DNA of 64,000 nt from Tetramitus jugosus (taxonomy: Eukaryota; Protista; Heterolobosea): positions 62,001-126,000 of the forward strand of contig OW569372.1 in NCBI GenBank assembly GCA_937625935.1, written 5' to 3'. A program made the translations under genes and the position numbers. Of the stretch, positions 21,885 through 31,555 are shown one piece after another; the stretch's first letter is position 1; each line of letters starts with the position of its first letter. The notes below the pieces were generated by a model. The model saw only the letters and a list, made by a program, of their open reading frames with translations, was not told where the DNA came from and made no database searches.

Positions 21885-22529
21885 ATGACATCTGCATTGA
21901 GTTCAACTCAGTTCCATTTTACGCATGAGGATGTCGATGAAGAATTCTTGACAGATATGCAACACATTCAATCTTCGATACCCATCGACGTGTTCAAAGC
22001 ACTTGTTCAAGCTTCGATCAAGCTTCTCACTGGAGAACAGTCTCAATTGACATCGATTGATCATTTGCTCGAAGCATTGAGTCCATTGAGTGAAAGAGCA
22101 CAGATGCCAGCACGAAAGCTTGCAAACATGGTTCGTTCAATGACCATGTTCTTCCAAGGATGTGCCAAACACAATTGTAAACTTGATTTTGTAAAGGAAG
22201 ATGCGGAGAAATTCGGATTGGAAGAAGAGCGCGCTCAATTGTTGTGTAATGTATACCGTAAATATTTTTCTGCGATTAGCAGAGTTTTGATCGCACAGAC
22301 GTTGAGTGTGAATCCTCTGAAGGATATGGACTGGAGGTTTGGTGTGACGGCAAGTAGCTCTGAATTGAATCAAGTCGGAACAACATTTTTGCAGTTGAAG
22401 CTCGTGTTGGGTGAGGAGAAGAAACCAGTGTTCCTGGAGTTGAGTCTGCCTCAGTTTTACGACTTTTTGCATCAAATGGAGAAGGCAAAGTCTTCCCTAG
22501 ACTTTTTCTCCAATGCCCAACAACAATAA
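21885..22529 (+). CDS. COMMD7: COMM domain-containing protein 7
   Basis: QTLSVNPLKDMDWRFGVTASSSELNQVGTTFLQLKLVL...LELSLPQFYDFLHQMEK closely follows the COMMD7 C-terminus. Confidence 0.9.
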   Translation: MTSALSSTQFHFTHEDVDEEFLTDMQHIQSSIPIDVFKALVQASIKLLTGEQSQLTSIDHLLEALSPLSERAQMPARKLANMVRSMTMFFQGCAKHNCKLDFVKEDAEKFGLEEERAQLLCNVYRKYFSAISRVLIAQTLSVNPLKDMDWRFGVTASSSELNQVGTTFLQLKLVLGEEKKPVFLELSLPQFYDFLHQMEKAKSSLDFFSNAQQQ

Positions 22530-22768
22530 AACGAATCAAATCCGGAATACATTCATTTCGTTTGTGACTGTTTGTCACCTGGAAGTCATTGTTGTTCGAA
22601 ATGAGATGATTCACACAATGTATTCACAAATACGTGTGTTGTTGCATCAGGTGTCATAGAAAACTTTTTTTGGAACAACGAAAACTCCCTTCGATCATCA
22701 TCTTCACAGCAAAAAAACCTCTGAGTGAACAGTATCATCATTTATCATCATCATCATAACCATAGACC

Positions 22769-25579
22769 ATGATGAACAAGAAATCTTCAAGTGTTGTTTC
22801 AACACTGCTACTCATTCTACTCGTGATGCTGCTCTCTGTCATGACTAGTAGCATCATCACTGCAGCCACCAGTGAAACCAAGTATGAAATTGTAGTGACG
22901 AGAGGACAGGATCAAACCGTTGCTGCCAATGCTCAATTCAAGGACAAAATTAGCATTAAAGTGTGGGACAAGACCAATCAACAGGCAGCTCCCATTGATT
23001 TGCCAGTCTATTTCTTTGCTGAGCCAGGCAATCGATTGAAACCATACTTTAAAGACTCCATGTTGCGCACCAAGAGTGGTGGTATCATATCGGATGTGAG
23101 TGTTCAGAGTGGATTTTCAGTGGGTAAGGGATCAGCCATCATTAGCTTATCCGATTTAAAGTCATTCAACAAGGATAGTAGTGTGCACACGAGACTCAAT
23201 TTCACGGTGACATCTGTCGTCTATGTTCAAGCTTGGATTCAAATTGCGTTAGTCTTGTTCTTCTCTGTTGTTTCGATTGTTGGTTCGTTCATGTTGGCTG
23301 CTTTCGTTTTGGCAAAGAATGCCGGTACAAAAGAGATGAGAAACGTGGCCGATCCAATCAAGGAGGGAGCTCAAGGTTTCTTGCGCACGCAATACGTGAC
23401 GATTACTGCGTTGGCCATTCCATTGGCATTCTGTTTGTTCTTAATGTACTATTTGAGAGCAGCGAGCGCAACGGATCCAAAGATTAGCCAGATGTGGGTC
23501 GCATTGATTGTTGCCTTCTCGTTCCTGTTGGGTGCCTTTTTCTCTGGTCTGTCTGGATTTATTGGCATGTTTGTCTCTGTTAGGGCCAACATTAGAGTGA
23601 CAAGTGCTGCAACTCGCAGTTATAACGAAGCTCTAACCATTGCTACGTTTTCAGGTGCATTTGCTGGATTTTTGGTTGTTGCATTAAGTGTTTTGGGTGT
23701 GATTGTTTTGTTTGCAGTCCTGTATGCCGCTATGCCTCCAGCTTCTGTTGATCCACAACAAATCGTAGCAATGATTGTTGGATTTTCATTCGGTTGCAGT
23801 CTCTCTGCTCTGTTTGCTCAGTTGGGAGGTGGTATTTTCACAAAGGCAGCCGATGTTGGAGCTGATTTAGTTGGTAAAGTGGAGAGTAACATTCCTGAGG
23901 ATGATATTAGAAATCCTGCCGTTATTGCTGATCTAGTTGGTGACAATGTTGGTGATTGTGCTGGTAGAGGATCTGATTTGTTCGAGTCTATTTCCGCTGA
24001 AAATATTGGTGTCATGATTTTGGCTGGATCCTTGTGTGCCAATGCCAGTCCTCAAATCTCTAGTCCAATTTCCTACATTATCTTCCCTCTGATTGTTCAT
24101 TTGTGTGGTATGGTTGGATCTTGGATTGGTATCTTCTTTGTCCGAGTAAGAGATGTTTCCGATATCAGAGCAAGAAAGAACGAAGACGAATTTTCACTGT
24201 TGTCCGTACAACACGACGATAATGAAGACTCCAATGCTGATCATTCTGATCAATCCGAACACTCAGATGTTGCTCCAGAGCGATCTGATTTGAAATTGCA
24301 GGATCTTGATGATCCAATGGTAGCATTGAATTTCGGTTATGCCATCAGCTCGCTAATCACTACTGTATTGTTTGTTGGTGTGTGTGCTTGGTTGCTCTAT
24401 AGTCCTCAGTTCCCTTCAGCATGGTTCTACTATGCCTTGTGTGGAATTATTGGTATTTTAACCAGCTGGGCTTTTGTATTTATTACTGTATATTATACCG
24501 ACTACAAGTGGTATCCAGTGAGGAGCATTGTTGAGGCAAGTAAAACTGGTGCTGCGACAAACATTATTAGTGGAATTGCTGTAGGTTTGGAGTCGACAGC
24601 TGCACCAGTGATTGTTATTTCCATTGCTATCCTTTCCTCTTTTTACCTTGGAAGGGCCAGTGGTATTGTTAATGAAAACAATGAACGTATTGGAGGACTA
24701 TTTGGAATTGCTGTTGCCACCATTGGTATGCTTTCCACATCAAGCTTCATTTTGACTATGGATACACTTGGTCCTATTGTTGACAATGCTGGTGGTATTG
24801 CAGAAATGTCGGGACTTCCTGCTGACATCAGACTTGTCACAGACAGATTGGATGCTGTGGGTAACACGACAAAGGCTCTCACAAAGGGATACGCCATTGG
24901 TTCAGCCAGTTTGGCAGCCTTCCTATTGTTTACTGCCTTCTTGGACACTGTCACAAGTTATATCGGAAAACCTTTCACAGTGGTCAATTTGGCTACTCCT
25001 GAAGTGTTTGTTGGTGGTTTGTGTGGTGCTGCACTTGTGTTCTTGTTCAGTGCTTTGACCATTCGTGCTGTCGGAAAGAGTGCACAAACAGTGATTGAAG
25101 AAGTCAGACGTCAATTCAGAGAAAACCCAGGTATTATGGATTATTCATGCAAGCCAGACTACGAACGTTGTGTGGCCATTGTGACAAGATCTGCTTTGAT
25201 TCAAATGATTGCACCTGGATTGTTGGCCGTGTTCGTTCCTGTATGCATTGGTTTCATTTTCAAGGAGATTGGTCGATGGAATGGCAATCCATATCTCGGC
25301 GCTGAAGTGTCTGCAGGTTTCCTCATGGTTGCTACTATTGCAGGTATTTTGCTTGCCTTGTTCTTGAACAATTCTGGAGGTAGTTGGGACAATGCAAAGA
25401 AGCTGGCAGAAATGGACACAAGCTTCGGTGGCAAGGGTTCAGATGTGCACAAGGCTACTGTCATTGGTGACACGATTGGTGATCCATTCAAGGATACTGC
25501 AGGTCCTTCTCTGCACGTTCTCATCAAACTACTCGCCACCATCACTCTCGTCATTGGTCCAATGTATCTTGGAAACTAA
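22769..25579 (+). CDS. Membrane H+-translocating pyrophosphatase, K+-independent type, with signal peptide and extra N-terminal Ig-like domain
   Basis: GGGIFTKAADVGADLVGKVESNIPEDDIRNPAVIADLVGDNVGD, DAVGNTTKA (Lys variant, K+-independent), GGSWDNAKK, GDTIGDPFKDTAGP. Confidence 0.97.
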   Translation: MMNKKSSSVVSTLLLILLVMLLSVMTSSIITAATSETKYEIVVTRGQDQTVAANAQFKDKISIKVWDKTNQQAAPIDLPVYFFAEPGNRLKPYFKDSMLRTKSGGIISDVSVQSGFSVGKGSAIISLSDLKSFNKDSSVHTRLNFTVTSVVYVQAWIQIALVLFFSVVSIVGSFMLAAFVLAKNAGTKEMRNVADPIKEGAQGFLRTQYVTITALAIPLAFCLFLMYYLRAASATDPKISQMWVALIVAFSFLLGAFFSGLSGFIGMFVSVRANIRVTSAATRSYNEALTIATFSGAFAGFLVVALSVLGVIVLFAVLYAAMPPASVDPQQIVAMIVGFSFGCSLSALFAQLGGGIFTKAADVGADLVGKVESNIPEDDIRNPAVIADLVGDNVGDCAGRGSDLFESISAENIGVMILAGSLCANASPQISSPISYIIFPLIVHLCGMVGSWIGIFFVRVRDVSDIRARKNEDEFSLLSVQHDDNEDSNADHSDQSEHSDVAPERSDLKLQDLDDPMVALNFGYAISSLITTVLFVGVCAWLLYSPQFPSAWFYYALCGIIGILTSWAFVFITVYYTDYKWYPVRSIVEASKTGAATNIISGIAVGLESTAAPVIVISIAILSSFYLGRASGIVNENNERIGGLFGIAVATIGMLSTSSFILTMDTLGPIVDNAGGIAEMSGLPADIRLVTDRLDAVGNTTKALTKGYAIGSASLAAFLLFTAFLDTVTSYIGKPFTVVNLATPEVFVGGLCGAALVFLFSALTIRAVGKSAQTVIEEVRRQFRENPGIMDYSCKPDYERCVAIVTRSALIQMIAPGLLAVFVPVCIGFIFKEIGRWNGNPYLGAEVSAGFLMVATIAGILLALFLNNSGGSWDNAKKLAEMDTSFGGKGSDVHKATVIGDTIGDPFKDTAGPSLHVLIKLLATITLVIGPMYLGN

Positions 25580-25585
25580 GCTCCT

Positions 25586-25611
25586 TTTTCGCGCCATTTT
25601 CTTGGCGCCAA
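25586..25611. promoter_or_regulatory. Paired E2F-like elements upstream of DDX11
   Basis: TTTTCGCGCCA (25586-25596) and palindromic TTGGCGCCAA (25602-25611), 70-95 bp before the ATG. Confidence 0.5.
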
Positions 25612-25681
25612 ATGATTCAAATTTCTGAATGTTACATTTCCAAGAAACCCAAGAAAACAGAGAGAACAATCGATAAAAAAC

Positions 25682-28600
25682 ATGTTTAATACCTATCAAT
25701 CTGAATCTGATTCCTCGGACAGTGAAAGCGAGCAACAATCAAAGGTTGTGCCAACAACAAGTACAATACCTCTCTTTAGAACAAAGAGCAGTGCTTCCTC
25801 GGCAACACCTGCTTCTGCAGCTACGCACCTCAACAACAAAAGAAGTGAACCTGTGGACGTTGTTGATGTGACACTTGGAATGAAGGCCTCTGACTTCAGT
25901 TTTCCATATGAAGCATATGACATTCAAGTCAACTTTATGAGAAACATGTACCGAGCAATCGATCAGAAGAAGATTGGCATATTTGAAAGTCCTACGGGAA
26001 CGGGAAAGTCGTTGAGCATTATTTGTAGTGCTCTGACATGGCTACTTGATCACTCGAACGATAGAAACGATGGTACGACGAGTCATTCACTAGTGAAGAG
26101 CAACCGTTCGAGCAGTCAAACAACATCCAAGAATACCAGAAAGAGACAGATTGTTGATTCTTCATCGGATGAAGAGAATGATGAGCCTGCTTGGATCAAA
26201 CAACAAGAAAAGCAAATCTCAGAGCAGAACCTCAAAGATAAAATACTAATGGAGCAGGAGAAGCAAGAGAAAAGAAAAGATAGAGTAGATCTGTATCAAC
26301 GAAAGCGAGCCAAGTTTTTAATGGGTGCTTTAGAAACGGTCAAAAAGCAGGAGAAATCAAAGTCTGTTACTGGGAAGGATGAACCACAGGATGACAGTGA
26401 CTTGTTACTCGTCGATTATGAAGACCATAGTGCAAAGAGTCGCTCATCAGTGCTCAATCAGTTAAACATTGGCGTTAAGGGTTCGCTGCTAGACGATTTG
26501 TTCTCAAGTGATGAAGAAGAGGATATGAACGCAGCCAGAAAGGCAAGAAAGCGTGGTCCGAGTAGTATATTTGCAGATGAAAATGACGAAGATGAGAATC
26601 CAGATGTGTATCATACGCCTAAAATTATTTATTGCAGCAGAACTCATACGCAGTTGAATCAGTTTGTTCAGGAAGTACAGAAAACTGAATTTAGAGAAAA
26701 GTTTAGGCTAGTGTCGCTGGCGTCAAGAAAGCAAATGTGCACTCATCCTGTCGTTTCCAAAGTTCAATCACAAAACAGAATCAATGAACTGTGTCTGGAC
26801 ATGAAGAGAAAGAGTGACAGGAAGCATAAGTGTCCTTATGATGATCAATCAGGATTTAAACTCTTTAAAGACCATGTACTTATTAAGGTGAGAGATATTG
26901 AAGACTTAGTCAGCTTGGGTAAGAGATTAGAGACTTGCTCATACTATGGTTCTAGAAAAGCAGTTCCACACGCCCAAGTTATCACAATACCATACAACAG
27001 TTTGATCCACCAACCAACAAGAGAAAGTCTAGGCATCAAGTTAGAAGATTGCGTAGTGATTATAGATGAAGCCCATAATTTAGTAGATTCAGTCATACAT
27101 ACACATAGTTTTCAGATTACTCAGGCACAAGTACAGCAGTGTCACATGCAACTCACAGGCTACTACGAAAAGTACAAATCAAGGTTAAAGGCAGCGAATC
27201 AGACAAATGTCACACAGTTGCTGGAGATTATGAGCAGTCTTTTAACGTTTCTCAAGAGCGGTATCAATGGACAGATAGAAACAAGTGACAATAGTTCTGA
27301 TCAAACTGTGTCCGAAGTTCTCAATCTTAATGATTTTTCATATCGATCACGCATCAACAATATCAACATGTTTCATGTGTGCGAGTTTATTGAACGCTCA
27401 GAGTTGACAAAGAAATTAAACGGCTTTGTAGAGCGAAAGTCAACTGCACAAGTTGCAATACATCGGAAGGGTTCAAGAGGAGAGGAAGAAGAGGGAATTG
27501 AATCGGGAATCCATGCATTCACTTCCTTCCTTCTCGCTCTCACCAACATCAGTAAGGATGGAAAGATTCTTGTTCAAACGAACAAAACAAGTAAGTAATC
27601 CAATTGATACTCATTTCTCAAATGTAACAACAATACTGACAGATTTTCAATGTTTCAGATCCATCGAATAGTTTGATCAAATTTGTGTTGCTGAATCCTA
27701 GCATCTACTTCCGTGAGATTGTAGAAAAGTCTAGATCTGTTGTATTGGCTGGTGGAACAATGGAACCCGTATGTATTGATGTATTGCTCGATTGTTGTTA
27801 TGATTCAACAACTCACCATTGTAATTCATTTCCATTTATTAGATCTCGTCTGTCATCCAACAACTATTCCCTGATAGAACTGAACGAATTGAGCGATTCC
27901 AATGTGGTCACGTTATACCTGATGAAAACATTTTGCCAATATGCTTAAGCTCAGCTCCATCTTCCAATCCTTTCGATTTCACATTCAAATCACGTAACAG
28001 TCCAACTACGGTATGTCATATGAGAGTGATCAATACTTCTCTTCTCATCGAATATTCAAGTTACTAACTCACTGTTGATATCAACTATAGATGAATGATC
28101 TGGGAACACTGATTTGCAACTTGTGTAATGTTGTTCCTGATGGTGTCGTGCTCTTCTTCCCTTCCTATTCATATGAGCATGCCGTGTATGACTATTGGTT
28201 CAAGAACGGTGTCATCCGGAAGATCGAAATGAAGAAAAAGTACTATCGAGAGCCAAAGAGCTCAACAGAAGTCGATCAAGTACTTTCAGATTACAAGCGC
28301 ACAATCGATCGCTCAAAGATTGACAAAGATAAGCAGTACTCTTTCCAAGGTGCTGTTCTCAGCTGTGTTGTCGGTGGTAAGATGAGTGAAGGCATAAACT
28401 TTAGTGATGGATATGGACGATTAGTTGTCGTTGTTGGCCTTCCTTATCCTAATCCAAATGATATGGAACTCAAGGAGAAGATGGGGTATTTGAACTCGAA
28501 GCAAAAAGGATCTGGTTCAGAGTACTATGACGACATAACTATGAAGGCAGTGAATCAGTCAATAGGACGATCCATTCGTCATGCCAAGGACTACGCATCC

Positions 28601-28780
28601 ATCCTGTTGTTAGACAAGCGATACTCCAAATCAAACATACAATCGAAACTACCAAACTGGATTCGATCTCGTCTCGTGGTTTGTGACTCGTTTGGTCCTG
28701 CTTTCTCCCAGGTGACTCGCTTCTTCAAATCAAAGAACAACATCGCCACTACAACCAGTCAGAACCTACAACCAAATTAG
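25682..28780 (+). CDS. DDX11: Fe-S DNA helicase DDX11/Chl1
   Basis: Exons 25682-27590, 27659-27768, 27843-28010 and 28091-28780, all spliced in frame by hand. FPYEAYDIQ, ESPTGTGKSLS, YCSRTHTQL, Fe-S cysteines, DEAHN, LAGGTMEP, GGKMSEGINFSD, AVNQSIGRSIRH. Confidence 0.95.
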
Positions 28781-28843
28781 AATAACACAGCTGTATGGAG
28801 CATTTTAAATATTTATCAATAAGTTATTTTATCAGCTACTGGA

Positions 28844-29962
28844 CTAGTCGACATCAACCCGCGACTTGAGTATCTGAATTGCCGGCCGGACCCAAACACC
28901 ACACGAACACTGAACACCACTCCAAGCAAATGCACCGATTCGATGAGAGCATTTTGGACAATTGATATCACCAGAATCCCGATTCAAATGATCCATCCAT
29001 GCCTTACGTTCAATATAATATGCATTACAGTCCTTTTTCATACCAGCCAAAAACGATTTCGAATCCTTCTTCATCTTCTTGTATGAAAAGTCCTTCTTTC
29101 CTGCTCCTTTGGCCGACGTGTGCTTGACTAGATCCTTTGCATCAAACAATGGAAATCGACACTTTTGACACATGCAAACACTAAACTTGTTTCCATTGCC
29201 ACTATTACTACTGCTACCACCTCCATTCGTACTAGCAATAACATTGCTATTATCCTGATTAGCAGTTGTTCCCTCTTCTTCGCCAATAGGACGTTGAATA
29301 GCTTGTCTCATTCGTTGTGCCTGTTTCACAACATCTCTCTCTGGGTTCAACAACGATTGAGCATACCGTTCCAACTCGTCTCTATAAAATTGAGCATTTT
29401 GGGACTTTAATTGATGAACAAGTGATTGAAGTTGAGATTTCACTTGTTCATCAATGACTTGTTCATTCAAATATTGAGTCATTTGATGAATGGACTCATC
29501 GAATGACAAGTGCTCTCTGGCAATCATGTAGCTCAGAATAGCAACAATCGCTCTCACATCACCATTCTCTTCTAATGGTGGTTGTGTTTCTGAGCGGTTG
29601 ATTTCTTCCACTGATTCTGTGGTGGTTGTTATTGCCGTTGAAAATAACAGTAAAACATTTTCATTCTTCAAAATGGCGCGCGATAAAAATCGGACAATTT
29701 GCGGAAAATTGTCAATGTGCTCCTCGTCATTTTCGATCGTGTTGTTGGCATCGGTCGTACGGTGCTTCATTGTGAAATGAGTGATCGTATAACCGTAAAC
29801 ACGGTGCAACAAGTGAAACAAATCATTCTTTTTTGGTTGTTCAATGTTGTTGTCAAATGAGATAATGTGTTTGATCTCGTGTTCAGCGAGTTGATCAGTG
29901 TTGTTGGATAGGGATGAATCGCTGTCGATGAACAAGTATGGCGGACGAATGCAAGTGATCAT
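28844..29962 (-). CDS. YVH1/DUSP12-like protein with degenerate phosphatase domain and intact C-terminal zinc-binding domain
   Basis: CQKCRFPLF...H...C...YYIE...WM...GDINCPKCSHRIGAFAWSGVQCSCGVWVRPAIQILKSRVD is the YVH1 zinc domain. The DSP-like N-terminal half lacks HCxxGxSRS. Confidence 0.88.
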   Translation of the reverse strand: MITCIRPPYLFIDSDSSLSNNTDQLAEHEIKHIISFDNNIEQPKKNDLFHLLHRVYGYTITHFTMKHRTTDANNTIENDEEHIDNFPQIVRFLSRAILKNENVLLLFSTAITTTTESVEEINRSETQPPLEENGDVRAIVAILSYMIAREHLSFDESIHQMTQYLNEQVIDEQVKSQLQSLVHQLKSQNAQFYRDELERYAQSLLNPERDVVKQAQRMRQAIQRPIGEEEGTTANQDNSNVIASTNGGGSSSNSGNGNKFSVCMCQKCRFPLFDAKDLVKHTSAKGAGKKDFSYKKMKKDSKSFLAGMKKDCNAYYIERKAWMDHLNRDSGDINCPKCSHRIGAFAWSGVQCSCGVWVRPAIQILKSRVDVD

Positions 29963-30110
29963 GTTTTTCTCTGAGATGAGTTTTTTGATTTCTGGAAGTT
30001 GCAACCAGAACTTTGAAGTTTCAATTCGAGTTTTATTTTTTTTTTTTTTTTTTTAATACAACAAATGGTGCTCACGCACCTCGTTGCGGAACTTTTATTT
30101 TTCTTTTGCG

Positions 30111-30339
30111 TGAGAGCAGGCTTGCCTGCTCTCAATTGTCTAACATGATGTGGTGCTTGCCCAGTGGAGTGGCAGGCCTACGCAACAGGATTCATTCTCT
30201 TCTTGGAATGTTGTTTTGATCCCTTCTTCAGGGATTCGTTGCGAGGGCCTCCACTACCATCTGGAGCACCACTGGTGAGGTCAGATGGCTCCGTAGTCCT
30301 AGCCAGTTGGTAGGACCTACGGAGAGCACTTCGAGTTTT
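30111..30339 (+). ncRNA. Unassigned highly structured ncRNA candidate (~230 nt)
   Basis: 10-bp hairpin with CUUG loop (30111-30134), ~32-bp bulged stem (30150-30186 with 30238-30272) capped by two hairpins, 13-bp 3' hairpin (30289-30324), TTTT at 30336-30339. About 53% GC in AT-rich surroundings; G-U pairs favour the + strand. Confidence 0.6.
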
Positions 30340-30380
30340 ATTCTTCGACAAATTGTATGTAAAATGAAATTGAACACCAA

Positions 30381-30453
30381 CCTCTGATAGCTCAGATGGT
30401 AGAGCATGAGACTGTAGATCTTGTGGTCGCGTGTTCGAGTCACGCTCGGAGGA
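30381..30453 (+). tRNA. tRNA-Tyr(GTA), intronless
   Basis: Cloverleaf: acceptor CCTCTGA/TCGGAGG plus A73, D arm GCTC/GAGC, anticodon arm TGAGA-CTGTAGA-TCTTG, T arm GCGTG-TTCGAGT-CACGC. C1:G72 and A73 are eukaryotic Tyr identity elements; a T5 terminator follows at 30456-30460. Confidence 0.95.
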
Positions 30454-30774
30454 ACTTTTTGGTTTTGCTACAATTTTGTTTTTCCTCTGTTGCGAAAAGG
30501 AATAAGATTGCACATCTTTTTTTATCAAAAGGAATTATATGTGATCCATTCCATCGTCAGTTAAAGAGTTGTTGTTTCTATTGTTAACCTGACCTTCATG
30601 TGTCTTTCTCCTTCTCTCGTTCCTTTCCACATTTGAAATAATGACGAACAGACCAGCCGACCCCCCTCCGCCAACGCGACAGAGGAAATATCACGAGTAA
30701 CATCCACATCATCAGAAACCTCCGTCTGCCCATCTTTTCAATCAAAAACCAAGTCACACGGTCGCTAACTAACC

Positions 30775-31398
30775 ATGAGAACAACCACCACTACCACTCT
30801 TGTAATTCTACTCTCTGTCCTCTTGTGCTACTGCTGCTCTCTCAGTGCTGTTCAAGCAGTCAAACACAACAAAAAATTCTTTCACAAGTTCAACTCTGAT
30901 GGACTGTATGAGATTGGTCGACGTGGAGCACCCATGTCTCGCGTCATCCACCCATCTCTCTATCACTCTGCTTCCGATAGTAGCACTGAGCTAGATTTTG
31001 GCTGCATCAAGGTCTATGTATGTTATCACATTGTTTTTTTATCAACGTTTTTTTTAAATTCAAAAAGCTCACTGTGTTATTGACATTGACACACAATCAT
31101 AAAGGGTAAATACTGTGGACCAGGATGGTGCGGTGGAGATTGGTTCAATGGTTGTAAAGGCAAGACTCAAAAGTGTAATTTTAATGTAGCTCCTATCAAT
31201 GCTGTTGACAGTTGTTGCAAAGTTCATGACAAGTGCTGCATTGATAATAGAGGAAGCTGTGGTGCATGCGATGCTGATTTGGCGCTCTGTCTGTCCAAGA
31301 CTTCTTGTGATTCAGATGATTTTGCATGTAATATGGCCAGAGGAACGATGAAGGGATTTTTCACTGTTCGATCCAACAATGGTCAAACTTGTTGTTAG
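30775..31398 (+). CDS. Secreted phospholipase A2 (small Cys-rich, plant/group XI-like)
   Basis: Exons 30775-31017 and 31105-31398 (intron GTATGT...AAAG). Signal peptide; Ca2+ loop YGKYCGPGW spans the splice junction; catalytic DSCCKVHDKCC; CDADLALCL. Exon 2 is absent from the ORF track. Confidence 0.9.
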
Positions 31399-31555
31399 AC
31401 TTCGTTGCAAAGTAAAATGATGCATGTTCCCATTCTTCAAAGCTATTGGGTTTCTTTTGTGTTGTTTCTTGAAGAATTGTTTTTAGAGCTGAACGATGTG
31501 TTGTGTAGAAGATTGTTGCAATGTTGGAGTTGAGTAGTATCTCTTATGTTATTAT

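Noticed and set aside
30111-30339. Assigning the structured RNA to SRP, U3, U1/U2/U4/U6, RNase P/MRP, telomerase RNA, SL RNA or SECIS
   Set aside because: No SRP helix-8 motif, no U3 boxes A/A', no snRNA signature or Sm site, no P4 CR-I/CR-V, no CCCTAA-type template. The ATGA lacks a matching GA quartet and there is no upstream + strand CDS. The U8-like hints are only 8-9 nt matches.
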